Assembly (NCBI RefSeq): GCF_002105155.1
Contig: NW_019028981.1
Span: forward strand, 62,001-126,000
DNA length: 64,000 bases
DNA from: Lobosporangium transversale
Taxonomy: Eukaryota
Direction of reading: 5' to 3'
In this document: positions 42,380 to 57,590 of the stretch, piece after piece
How positions within the stretch are numbered: position 1 is the first letter of the stretch
Layout: each line of letters opens with the position of its first letter
Translations under genes and position numbers: made by a program
Notes under the pieces: model-generated
Databases searched by the model: none
What the model was told of the DNA's origin: nothing
Seen by the model: the letters and a program-made list of their open reading frames with translations, nothing else

Positions 42380-44335
42380 ATGACAACATTATCAAAATCA
42401 TTCAAGGGGCTTTTCCCCTGGTCCCCACGAATATGTCGTACCCATCATCGAGTTTTAATTCTTCTTGCTACACTCCTTTTCATCTCTTCAGGATCGTTAG
42501 TGATCCTGCATTTGACCCATACCCCATCAACTAGTACAAGTCAACTCCAAGATCCCTATTCCTCCTTTTCATCCAGCTCATCCTCTATTACTCGCTGGAC
42601 CGCTGGAGGGTTCAAGAGTAGAAGTTACAACCATCAACACTGGGATAAGAATAAGGTACTTGATGGCTACGATGATACTGAAGGCCAAGGGAATGACCAG
42701 AGGCAAATTTTTGATCAAGACCAGGAAGATGAAAACAAAGACTTTATCAAGTTCATCCACAACAATCCTGAAAAGGATCCATATCGGACAACGTTTGGCC
42801 GACCTAGGGCTGCATTACCTCACCGCAACACATTTAATGATGAGCGAAAGCAAATGTTGATGCAACAGCAGCTTGAAGCTCAAGAACAGCAACTAAAGCG
42901 CTCACATGAACAGATCCCTGAAGCCCAGCAAGATTCAATACCACCTCATATTGCCTCATCGGAACAAGGTCAAGAAGATCAAGAACGTCAACATCAACAC
43001 CACTCGTCAACTCCTAAAGAGCAAACTTCCACAGAATCCGGCCAGGAATCAAGCCTGAAAGAATTAATTGACATCCCTAGTAACAACATCAACAGCAACA
43101 AGGGTGTTATTAATGATAGAAGAAGTGATAGTGAAGACAATAACAGTAGTGGCAGTGGCGACGATGAATACATTCGCCAAAGTGCTCTGGATCCTCGCCC
43201 GTTTGAAGACATCTTGCAGCAACAAGCTGGCGCTAACGCTAACATCAAAGCACCGACTCGATACTTGACGTATCTACCCTACGCAGGCATCACAAATCAG
43301 TTTTATGGAATGCTGCGTGGCATGGAAATAGCCAAAGCTTTAGGTCGCACCTTAATCATTCCTCCGATCACTTCCTCCAGCCACGACAAGTCTAAGCAGA
43401 ACCAACCTTGGTCCAAATTTCTAGATCTGAAAAAGTTTTCTCAGCTGACTGGGGCCAACGTGGTCGAATTCCATGAATTACGAGACCAGGAACGGACTCC
43501 TTACAACCAAATACTGTGCCGCATCACCTGTGGATTCGGATCTAAGCGATCGATCGACTTCACTGCGAAAGCCTTTCTAAGGCAATGGCGTCTCAATGCC
43601 ACACTGACACCCCTCCCGGTGGATGATGGGAAGCTCGAGACGATTCTCTCGACTTTGGAACCCTATGATACAGATAAGCACATCTGTGTCTCGAATACAT
43701 ACAAAGTTGCTGTCAAAGACAAGTCTGAATGGGAGAAATTTGGCCAACACCTACATTTTACGCAGGAACTAGAACAATTTGTCCAGCGGTTCCTAGACAA
43801 AACCCTGAGTGTCAACAGAATTTCAGCTTCTGAAGTATCTGTATCAACACCAGCAACAGTATCAGACAATGAAGATAATAGCCAAGGTTCCCCTGCTACT
43901 ACCCTTGATCGTCATCGATATATTGCGGTCCATGTTCGTCGCGGTGATTTTGCAAAGTATTGTGAAGGGAACTTTGCAGGAGCCAAGATGATTCATTGTC
44001 TTCCCACTACAGACCAGATTGCAGAGCGAGTCAATCAAATCCAAGAACAACTGAACCCTACTCTAGATGATCCATCTCAAATGCTTCCAGTCTTTGTGGC
44101 TACTAATGAACGAGACCCTCAAGAGCTGAGACGCTTTGCGAATCTGGGCTGGCAATTCTTGGACCATGAGACCATGAGGACCATCGAAACTCTGGGTGTT
44201 TTTGGGCCAATGATGGTCGACCAGGTCTTTATGGCCTATGCAGAAGCTCTGGTAGGGATTCAAATGAGCACATTTTCACGAGTTGGGGCACTCAGACAAC
44301 GAGATTGGCGAGGTCGTCAAGTTGAATACATGTGA
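42380..44335 (+). CDS. O-fucosyltransferase-family glycosyltransferase, type II membrane
   Basis: N-terminal TM helix, low-complexity stem, YLTYLPYAGITNQ, YIAVHVRRGDF, VFVATNE, STFS motifs. Confidence 0.88.
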   Translation: MTTLSKSFKGLFPWSPRICRTHHRVLILLATLLFISSGSLVILHLTHTPSTSTSQLQDPYSSFSSSSSSITRWTAGGFKSRSYNHQHWDKNKVLDGYDDTEGQGNDQRQIFDQDQEDENKDFIKFIHNNPEKDPYRTTFGRPRAALPHRNTFNDERKQMLMQQQLEAQEQQLKRSHEQIPEAQQDSIPPHIASSEQGQEDQERQHQHHSSTPKEQTSTESGQESSLKELIDIPSNNINSNKGVINDRRSDSEDNNSSGSGDDEYIRQSALDPRPFEDILQQQAGANANIKAPTRYLTYLPYAGITNQFYGMLRGMEIAKALGRTLIIPPITSSSHDKSKQNQPWSKFLDLKKFSQLTGANVVEFHELRDQERTPYNQILCRITCGFGSKRSIDFTAKAFLRQWRLNATLTPLPVDDGKLETILSTLEPYDTDKHICVSNTYKVAVKDKSEWEKFGQHLHFTQELEQFVQRFLDKTLSVNRISASEVSVSTPATVSDNEDNSQGSPATTLDRHRYIAVHVRRGDFAKYCEGNFAGAKMIHCLPTTDQIAERVNQIQEQLNPTLDDPSQMLPVFVATNERDPQELRRFANLGWQFLDHETMRTIETLGVFGPMMVDQVFMAYAEALVGIQMSTFSRVGALRQRDWRGRQVEYM

Positions 44336-44578
44336 TAAACCTATGTTTACAAAAGAAATAGAGAAGTGCTTTCACTCATTGCTTTGCTTTGCAACGTCAT
44401 CTGAACTATCACATGGACTATGAAATACTCCGCAAAATCAAAATATGATATCAAGTACCGGACCCATTTATAAACAAATATACCATCGCGTTTCTTTTGA
44501 ATGTATATTTTTTATTTCTTTCCTTATTATGTTGTGGCTCTTTCTGCAAAATAATTGAAAAAAGGACTTGATGATAAA

Positions 44579-46522
44579 TTACAGGGCATCATGAGTGGAA
44601 CAAAGACAGTTGCAGTCGCTGACAGGACATTGTGTGTGTCGGTCGAACCATTCTGCCATATGCATAGCATGACCACCGTGCCGGCAAGTCTGACACCAAG
44701 TGAACCATAAATCAAAACTCGTCGGTTCTTTATATATATATATATATATATATAAAATAAAAATAAAAAAATAAAAAAAGTAATTAGACCCAGAGCAATC
44801 ATCTGATTGATAATCAGTCGAGACGCTTGTTCATTCACTTACTTTCGCCAGTTACTTTATGGCCAAGGCTAGACCATGCACCCAGTGATGCGTTGCCTTC
44901 TGCTGGTACACCAAGATGAAGCAAACAAATGGCACATCGAGGAAGCGGTTTGCTACAACTGGGACACACAACGGCCTTTGAGCTGGTAGAGGGTCCTGAT
45001 CCAGGCGCACCTCCAGGAATTCCCCCTGCACTTTGACCTCCCATCCCTCCGCCCATGGATCCTTGTTTATCATGGCCATGCAGGGCGCTGCCATGTCCGC
45101 TTATTCCTGGCCCACCGCTTCCCTGAACCAGTAAGCGACGGCCATCACGGCCGCGTACTCCAGGAATGAGCAGATTCCTTGCAATGCTCTGGTTGCAAAA
45201 GTTACAGCGAACGTAAATCTGGGTCGGCGTCACGTCAGCTGCAGACACACCGCTCAAGGTGCTCTGCTGTATACACCGTCCTCGAGCGATATCAAAACGT
45301 GCCCGTGTATAGTAAAGCTGCCAGCGATCGAGTAAATCCCGATACCCCTCAACCCACTCTTCAACACGTGGATCTTTGAAATACCGAGGTACCGCGACAG
45401 AAGATGCCAGTGCAACTGTCTGAATATCGCCTGTACGGTTAACATAGTTAGTGAACAAGTCCAAACCCGTCTCTGTAAGTCCAGTAAGGATAATACCATC
45501 GATTTCCCCTGCATTTATATGCGTCTCTGCCGTAGATTGGATATAGGCCATTAACTATTTTGCAGAAATTAATAATTTTCCGAAATATGTCAGAAATACC
45601 ATAACTATCTTCTTATTTTTCTCACATGGTAACACTTCCAAAGTAGGGTCTCAAGAACGTATCTGTTTGATTTTACCTCATCATCACTCAAGAACCTTAA
45701 CGCAACCCCCACACGATCAGCAAGCGACAAGCTCTTTTCTTCTAATACATCTCGCCAGTCACCTGAAGCGATATAGCTAAAAATGGCTCGAATATATGGG
45801 TTCGATTGAGATTGGCTGTGAATCCTGCATTGTGCTCTCCATGTGTTATTTGACGCTTTTTCGTTGTTCATCCCGAGTCCAACTGACGGTGTGTTAATGT
45901 GGTTTTTATTGAAGCCAGCTACAACAATCGACATCAATTTGAGTTTGTCATCTAAAACATATTGAAGTCGGCGATTCGTTAAAAGCAACTGAAGTCAGCA
46001 TCACACGCTCTTTATCATCCTTTCATTTCGTTAGTCAGGCTTCCATGTGACTAATGATCGTCACCTACCTCCATGACCAAGGACTTCGATGGCGAGATCC
46101 AGCTCGCCATGAAAGAATGCCCATCCCGCAGCAACCTCGTAACTTCCTTCATCCTCCAACCTAATGGCAAAGATTTGGAAGGGAGACAAAAGCAGATAAG
46201 AAAGGGAATGGAATTGGCGGGCGGAATGAATTGTGCATGGCCTTCCAATTAGTACCTTTCAACTGTTCTTTTAAGGTCGGAACGGAGTAGCTCTGATCCA
46301 CAAAGCTTTAAACCGAGCTTACGCTGAGCCAACTTCAAAGTAGGGACGATAGGAATTTCATCCGCCTGCTTCGAGAGTTGCGTAGATAGATCAGAGGAGG
46401 CGCGTGGTAGAGGTGACATCGTGCGAGGAGTGCTCGAAGGTGTAGACCTCCTTGATACTAAAGTTAAAACATAAAGAAAATCATTCAAACGTAAAAGTTT
46501 AGATTCGCGATGGGTCATCGAG

Positions 46523-46555
<33 letters not shown>

Positions 46556-48834
46556 AAACATTGCTTTAAATATATCTACCTCCATTTCCTAGAAGCACTG
46601 GCAAGACCCCTTGATAGCTAAAATCAAACTTCCCGATACGTGCACCATCCCTTTGAGCAATCCTTTCTGCACGTAGCATCCAAGCCCAAAAATCTTTAAG
46701 CGCTCCCGCCCCAACCAAGCCGAGATTTGCAGCGGCATCCATAGAATATCCTTTGATAGCACCTTCCCGCATTGTGACTGAAACATCCTCTTCTAATCCA
46801 ACATCCACCTGCGCAGCAGTGGCTGAGGACCACCCGTTATTGACTACGGTAGTCAGTGGAAGCCTTCGCGTTGATTCTGCAACGCCATTAGCAATGCCAT
46901 TCACTTTAGAAGCTTCCGTACTTAATGGCGCTGGATGGCCACCAGGAAGCATAACGCTGATCGGTGGTGGGGGGTTGCTAGAACTACCATCTGAAGGAGA
47001 TTCTCCATTCACTTTTCTGTTAGCTGGAAGTTGTAGATTAAGGATTTTGGAATTGCGCTTCCGCATTTCTGAAAACGGCAGCTGTGGAGCTGGTTCTGCA
47101 GTGGTTGCATTGAGTGAACGCTGGCTTGGGAAGCAAGAAACTTTGTTTCCGTCCGACACCACTAACGCACCTCTGGGCTCCCAAGCGATGTGAGACGTCT
47201 CTTTGAGGACAGTAGTTTCGATGAGCGACTCCTTATTGATTGAGATGAGCCCTGAAGTCGAATTGGATACATAGGATGGGATCCAGGCGAATGATTGAAG
47301 CGATTTTGAAGAGGGCTTTGTTCGACGCGATTTCCATAGGATTGGGACCCCAATTTCTAACTCGTCCGACTCTGATTCTCGGACAGTCTGCAGACCTTCT
47401 CTGTCATGAGATCTTGATAGTAAGCCGCTCGTGCTTCCTGAGCTTTGTTGTAAATTAGCCTCCAAGTTATGATTACTGTCCATCCTAGAAATACTCCTTG
47501 GAGCACGAACTGTTCCTTCTTGAATGTCCCAAACTTTCAAACATAATGCTTCCTTGGCTAATGAAGCAATCAGTCCGGACCGTTGTGGGTTAAACTGTAT
47601 TCGGACCAAAGGTGATTTTTGTGGACCAGCATCGAATGAAAGAATTGGTTGTGAGGCTTTGCGGACATCCCAGATCTGGATGTTGCCGTCGTCTGTGCAT
47701 GAAGCCATCCGATCTTCATGGAAAGGATCCATACAGAGCCCATGAACAGCTTTTGTTGAAATTACCAGAGATGATGGAGATGTAGCATCCTCTCTGGTAT
47801 CGTAAACCCGAATGTACTTCATACCCATTCCAGCCGCTAGCACTCTAGGTGCACGTGTGAACCAAGCACAGGAAGAGATGACTTCGCTGGAACCGTATTG
47901 CCGCATTGCCTCTTTACTGCCAGAGTGATCAAAACTGCTAGCATTCAAGGCTCGTGCGGTTCCAGTGTTTTCCGCAAGCGATAGTGGATTCATAGATAGA
48001 CGAGTGTCAAAGTAGCCCTCAGCAATGTCCGATCCTCTTCCGAATCTCGAAGTTTGAAAGCTCCCTGTAGTTGAGCGGTGGCTAGCTGTGATAGGTCCAG
48101 ATGGAGCATAGTTCGATTCTGATGGTGCTGGCGTGGACTGCCCAATATCCCATACCATCAGACAATAGTCATTACGTACTTTATCCAAGCCAACCGCTAG
48201 AAAATTAGGCAGTTCTTTTGAAAATGCCACAACATTACAGGCTCTTGAGTGACGAGCGCTGAATGAAGGATATGTTCTCTGATTCTGAGCTACAGATACT
48301 TGTCTGGGCGTATCTGGACGAAACTCATTCCCTTGATTTTCAAAAACCCATGGCTCTGATCTGTGCATGCGAATAAGAAGCGTCCTTCCAGTAGTCAATC
48401 CAACAGCTGTCAGATCCAAGTAGTTCGGGTCTGGCGACCATGTAAAGCACTATCAAAGCATATATATCGTGTCAATCCACGATTACATTCCGTCTTGCGC
48501 CCAATACCAGTCACAGCAATCCTGCGCCTGGCTTCTTTTTTTTTACCTTCATTAAGGACACATCAGTGTTGACTGCAATAGGTGTAGCATGAGGTTTGCC
48601 TTCTGAATCCTAGGGTATTTTTATAGAGGGCAGTGATTGTCAAAACAAGCACATGTTTCTACATATTTATGCCATACACCTATATGTTCTCAACCCAAAA
48701 AAAAAAAAAAAAAAAAAAAAAGAAAATACCTCCGGTGTCCACTGAAAGAGACGTAGCTCAGTTGAGCCAAGCAGAAACTGATTGTGGTTTGGGTGAGGTG
48801 ACCACAACAAGCGATGAGGTCTGGCAGTGGTCAT
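44579..48834 (-). CDS. MIOS: GATOR2/SEACAT subunit MIOS/SEA4 (multi-exon)
   Basis: N-terminal WD40 repeats, alpha-solenoid, CPSCSKPLPRCAICLLHLG and terminal WFTWCQTCRHGGHA...CPVSDCNCLC zinc-binding region; exons join with GT-AG introns. Confidence 0.93.
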
Positions 48835-49390
48835 GTCGGGAAAGCCCGATCGCAGGCACGCTAATTGGGATGTCGAGTGGGAATGGTGCGATCCTGCATA
48901 TTGGTCAGGAACTAACAGGCTCGCTTCTCTCTACTTTGTGCGTGGCTTGCCCGTGCCATGTGACAAGCAAAAAAAATTGCCTTCAATGGACGACGCGTCA
49001 AAGTCAGACAAAATAAATCTACTGCATCATAAATCGGCGCAGATCTTCAAAACCCGCGCACGAAGCTCTTTAAAACAAATAAACATAAAAAACTATAATA
49101 TTTTGCAAAACGCCGTTGTATATGTATATACATTTATTTCCTGTGTATTTGTCCATTATCTTAGGGATGAGGAAGCATACGCCAATATCGAGTATACCCT
49201 GATGAGCACCAATTCACGCTCTTTAGAACCAAATCAACTATATTTACCAGGTATACACCAAGGGATGTTGTGGAAGCGAAGATGAGGATCGCAAGCAAAA
49301 CCCCGTGGGCCCACACCTTCTTTTTCCGTTTCCTTGCTTTCTATTTTCGAGAACTCAGTTTCCAGGAAATCTTAAACGACGGACTAAAAG

Positions 49391-51157
49391 GTGGATAACC
49401 TTTCTTCGACTTGCATTCCTTTTCCCTCCTTCTTTACATTCCACTTCTTTTTTCTTGATTTTTTACAAAATCCCTTCTCATCCCCTTCCGCGTTTGTCTA
49501 TACACAATCCACGTATTCATGTTGTCCTCACTCTGCTACACATCTGATGGAACATACCTCTATGCCTTTGCATTCGGATATATGACTAATATAGCAGCCA
49601 CCTCTTTAAAGCTCGAATTGATACTCTTTCGGTCAAATCCTTATCCGACATCTGTAACCTCTCTGGAATGGGATGTCATCTTGTCGACCTAGGAAGCCCA
49701 GCCCAAGCGTTCTTTCCCCGCAATGCTTTCAATTACATTTGTACTTGAAACCTCTCGACTGCAAGTTTCGGTTTATCTACATAACTCAATCCCTACACGA
49801 GTTATTCTCCAGGCTTTTTCGGCTCTATATGGGTATTTCCCCCTCCAACCAAAGTACTATCGTGAAACAGCCCATAAACTTCTCAGCCATCCCTGTATAG
49901 GCACTAAAAGCCAGCCGCGCATTGTTCTTGCCAGTGAAGCATCATGGCCAGGCAGGCATTACTGGCTGTTGATTTCAAATATACTCAAGCAATCTGGCGT
50001 GAGGTTCAATTTATTTGAAGTTACAAGGAGTATCCTGATCTTCCGACTGCTTCATGGAGAACGGTAAAGAAAACAAAAACAGAAAAAAAAAATACCTTAA
50101 CGCAAGCTTGATGTGAAACTAAAATACCATTGAATGGCTATAATTCTGCTTAGGAACCATTTGTCACTGAGCAGGATTGAGCCTTTGCCCACTCTAATGG
50201 CACTCTCTATGAACTAGGGACAACACTCGACACTTTTTAAACATCCATCATCCCACTGAATATTTCGACATCTATCCCTTCACGATACCCTTCTATGGCC
50301 AAGCTTGTCCCCACTGCACTTTGGCAGGTGACAAAACTGAAACGTATGGCAACAAGGGCACCGTGTACATTATGCGCTGTCGCGCAAACGTAAGGCTCTG
50401 CCAAAGTTATGATAGCCACTTATTGCAGCTGGCATGTTAACAATGGCAACAACGTTAAACGAGGCTTTTTTTTTTTTTTTTTTAAATAAAAAAAGCCCAT
50501 TAGTGATCTTGGGCAATTTCCATACGGAATCTATTAGTTTAATGGAAATCATGCTCATAAATCGGGATCAATCGCTGTTGAGCGAGAAATAACATATGAC
50601 GTGAATGACTCGCCCTCCTTTCCCGTCCCAGAGAACGGTACTTGACCTTTCTGTACGACAATCGTAGATGGAGTGCGTCAATATGGCTTAAAAATCGGGA
50701 GCAATGTATGAGATTATCAGGAAGAGTCGATATTTTTCACTACTACCGACTACTTTGACGATGCGCCCCGGCTCAACCCAATCCTTCCAAGTCAGGTTCG
50801 GATACTGTGCTCATCACCATGGCCATTGTCTATGTATTTGGTCTGGGTACCGCCGCACAGCTTACGTACAAACATTTCATACAGAAAAAACTGCCTGTAG
50901 AGCAAGAGCCGCGCCCCTGTTTTGGAACTGCTGTAATCTCACTGGAAACTATCTCATCTGAGCAACGCAAGATCTGCAAGGGCACGAATCGAACACTCTA
51001 TGGCGAATATGCCTTTGATGCGCCCCCGGTATATGATGCCCACAATACTGACAACCCTATAACCCCTCCGCATGGTCTCCCTGCTGAGCCGCCCAGTTAC
51101 ACTACTGCCGTCTCAGACGAGCTCCCTCAAATAGAGAGCCAACTAAAGCCATTGTAA
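49391..51157 (+). pseudogene. Disrupted gene for a single-pass membrane protein with PPxY-containing tail
   Basis: Protein-like segments (DGTYLYAFAF...LILFRSNPYPTSVTSLEWDVILST*, AFAHSNGTLYELG) broken by a frameshift and several in-frame stops; the 3' ORF has a TM helix plus PPVY and PPSY. Confidence 0.55.
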
Positions 51158-51485
51158 CAAATTCTCCGGATGTCCCAAGCTTACCCAGCGGGATAGGATC
51201 CAATGATGCATAAAAACATATGTATCTTGGTCACTTACCTCTAGAGATTTAAAATATAATTACTGTAATATCTATCTCTCGTTCTCTAAACTCTATATTT
51301 ATTTGCTGCGACAGCCCCTGAAGGATATTGAATCTCTTTTTTAATGTGAGATCAGCGAGCAAAAGTAAAATTGGTAATTGACTGATAGCGGAACAAATTA
51401 TGGATTTGGTATTTAACAATTGATCAAGACCTTTTAAAAACACAAAGCAATTTTTTTCAAGAACAAAACAAAGGCCGATAAGATT

Positions 51486-51524
<39 letters not shown>

Positions 51525-51924
51525 CGAACAATGGCCGGCAATTAGCCGCCGCAGTAATGCAAGAAGGCAAAATAATAGATTGGAGTTTTGTGAATCTCCT
51601 CTTTAGTTTTGTTTTCAACACAAACATCAATTCGATCAGTAAACAAAGTTGCTATTGTGTACAGGTATTTATATTGCGCTGCGATACTGCAAACAGTATG
51701 AATATTCCCATGCTTTGTGATGATGAAGAGGAGAAAGATAGTAACAAATGCGTTATCAGCTTACTGTTTGTCTTTTTTTTCTTTTTTCTCTTAATAAATT
51801 GAAAAATGATATCTTGTTGTATGTGGCAATTATTTCAGGATGATGACACTTACCGTGTCTTGAAATGATAAGCTTCTGGTGAGAAGTGACCATACAGCAA
51901 CCGGCCACTTTCATTACCGTTCAA

Positions 51925-52350
51925 CTATCCCTGCGACACAGTATATTGATACCGACGCCCGCCGCCACACCGATTTAGTATATAGCCCCTTGTATTGAGT
52001 GACTCAACATTCTTGGCTAAGAGGCCACCACTACTGCTCGCGGAAGACGGGCTACCTTTACGAACGCCTCCACGGCCTGAGATGGATTTTGGGGCCAGAT
52101 TTGAGGACCGGAACATGCACGGATAGGATACCGTTATGAGTTGCTGAGTCGGGCGTCGAAGGGGGAGCATGGACGGACTGTAGAAAATCGATGAGGCCAT
52201 TGCTCGGTCTGTCGACATGGATGTGCCAAAGGACAAGGAGTTACTGGCAACCGCAGTTTGTTTATCCATTCGGGCACACTCCATAGAGCAGTAAACTGCA
52301 TCAAGCTCATACACGTGTTTTTCACAGAAAAGACACCAGTCAGAGTCCAT
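51925..52350 (-). CDS. Ecl1/2/3-like zinc-binding small protein
   Basis: N-terminal WCLFCEKH...YCSMECARMD four-Cys motif followed by a Ser-rich tail. Confidence 0.8.
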   Translation of the reverse strand: MDSDWCLFCEKHVYELDAVYCSMECARMDKQTAVASNSLSFGTSMSTDRAMASSIFYSPSMLPLRRPTQQLITVSYPCMFRSSNLAPKSISGRGGVRKGSPSSASSSGGLLAKNVESLNTRGYILNRCGGGRRYQYTVSQG

Positions 52351-53064
52351 TGTTGTGGCAGCGAGAGTGAAAGAGAGGTAGAGAAAGGAAATAGAATTGG
52401 TTTTGGAAGGTGGTTTTGATATTGTAACACTGTTGAGTCGTAAGACGAATGAAGAAAGGAATGAGAAATGAGAAATGAGAAATAGAAATGAGAAGGAAGA
52501 GAATTATATATTTATAGTAAAGACGTTTTTATACCTGTCGCAGTGACGATACTTAACCGTTACTATGCCATATTTTTTACTTGGTACTATATGCCTATAT
52601 GCTGCGGACTGAAATGGGTAGGGGCCTTGTCATTTGAATATGTCGAAAAGGGACATCACCCTTTGAGTTTGCTGTTTATCTCTTTCTCTTATACGTGGTA
52701 CCTCACATTGTACAGCAGTCAATTAGAATGTCCATTGATGCTAACAAATCCGATCTTCTTGTTAAAACTGCAGGATATGCTTGCATTAATAAAGGTATTA
52801 AAACAAACAGCTTTGCAAAAAACAACTTTATACGACGCCACCAAAAAGTAATATTTTCCAACCAATCAAATATGCCACTGTCAGGCTAAAAAAAAGGGGG
52901 GAAACAGACTGGAACATATTAGACTTCACTTACTTCTCTTGTCTTGCCACCTTTGCATCCACCACACAGCATTTACTTACCCAATCCAGTATTCATTCGT
53001 GGCTGGTCGTCCTTACTTGTATACTTTCAACTCCTCATTCTTCATCCTTTCATTACTTTCAAGA

Positions 53065-55855
<2,791 letters not shown>

Positions 55856-57087
55856 CCCTAAAAAATACCACCATGAATGTTGTTCTCTACTCCTCCCACA
55901 TATTAGATCAGAATGACCTATCACATATTAATATTGGATCTGCGCTGCTTGGGTAAAAAAAAAAAAAATGAAGATTCGGCTGGCCATATCTTCTTTTTTT
56001 GTTACTATTTATCCACTCACACACTTCTTCTATAAACTGCCAGAGCCTTGTAAATAAATAAATAAAAGTATCTTTTGCTGTCCTCAATGTGCTATGTACA
56101 GAAAAATATGCCTTGCGTGATTTGTTTTTGTTTTAGCACAAAAGACACAAAAGATTACATTGATAGTTATCAGCCTGTCTGAGTCAGATTGTGAGGATGT
56201 GTGCTACATAGAATAGCCTTACAAATTGCCTTCAAAAGGGTTACAACTGTCAGGATCGATTAAATCGGGTCTTTGAAGCTTCAGCAACTTTTTGAGACTA
56301 TTTGGCGGCCTTAAGACAAAAGAGGGCAGCAGTCGCCCAGGGGAAAGCCCGAAATCCTAGAAAAATGCCACAATCCTACGCTATCTTACCAAAGCTTTAG
56401 GACAAAAGATTTTATGAGGTTATGAGGCATTGTTTAATGGAAAAATGACATTCATCCATATGAAAAGATTGCTACATGCTGAAAAAGGCGCTTTCTGGGT
56501 GCTCTGAACCTGTTTAAGTCGGTATAGGTTGGTCTGATAACAAGCATCCCGATTTCCCTATTGCTATATCTCACTAATACCAACCACACTGTTTGATCTG
56601 TTCTACCGTATCATGACCGAAAATCAAGCTCTCTAAATTCGAGGAAGAATTAATCTAATTGGCAGCCCATTCTAAACATAGTAATTTTTGCCTATTTTCT
56701 GAGGCTGTCACCTAATTTCACACACTTGGATAGCAACTGGGTTGCCAAATAATGAAGCTATTTGCACGAGGGTTATTATTTCTGTTGGATGTCAACAAGT
56801 TCAACAGGAGCTCTTGTGCTTCCCATCAATACAGGACTCTCCTTAGTAAACGAGATACAAGAGTTTTTACAGATATAACAAAAAAAAAAATAGAGGCCAA
56901 ATAACACTAGGTAGGTTGCCAAGCAAATCATGAGGGTGCTCCTTGATAGCTGGGGTGCCGAAGAGAGTCTTCAAAGTTGATTGGCAATGGATTGCCAAAT
57001 AATATATGGTACCTGAGCTACCAATTAGACTAATTCTTTGAGGAATGTCTGATCCATTAATACGCATGGTCAGTTGTATTTATACCA

Positions 57088-57561
57088 GGATTAATCTATT
57101 TGGCAGCCCATTACCAAATATGATCAGTTTTGAAAAATCTCTTTGGCAGCCCAGCTGCCAAATAGCACCCTTATAAAAAAAAGTATTTGCACGGTCCCGT
57201 ACACACCTTACTTACACTGTTCCACCCTTGGAAATAAAAAAAAAATTAAGCGGAGTGTTTATTTATGGACATATTGATACCTTGGTGCTGTAAGCAAAGT
57301 CACTCATTTCAAGTCCAATTGTCGTCGCTCCATCCGAGCCGCTAACAGGCATCGAAGCGCAACTTATTCATATGGGTTTTACTCTTTCTGACAAACACTA
57401 ATATTCGTAATTACATGGTGAGTGCAACAAGGCGTAGTGTGTGGCCAATCAACCTTTTCAAATTAGTTTTGCAAAACATTATTTGGCAGCCCCAAAAAAT
57501 AAGCTGTCAAATAATAGCAAAAATTACTGTATTTGATATGGGCTGCCAAATAGATTAATCC
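57088..57561. mobile_element. MITE-like element with perfect 24-bp terminal inverted repeats
   Basis: GGATTAATCTATTTGGCAGCCCAT at 57088-57111 and its exact reverse complement at 57538-57561; internal TTTGGCAGCCC subrepeats; no clear TSD. Confidence 0.6.
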
Positions 57562-57590
57562 AAAAAATTATGGATGAAGTTATTTGTAAG

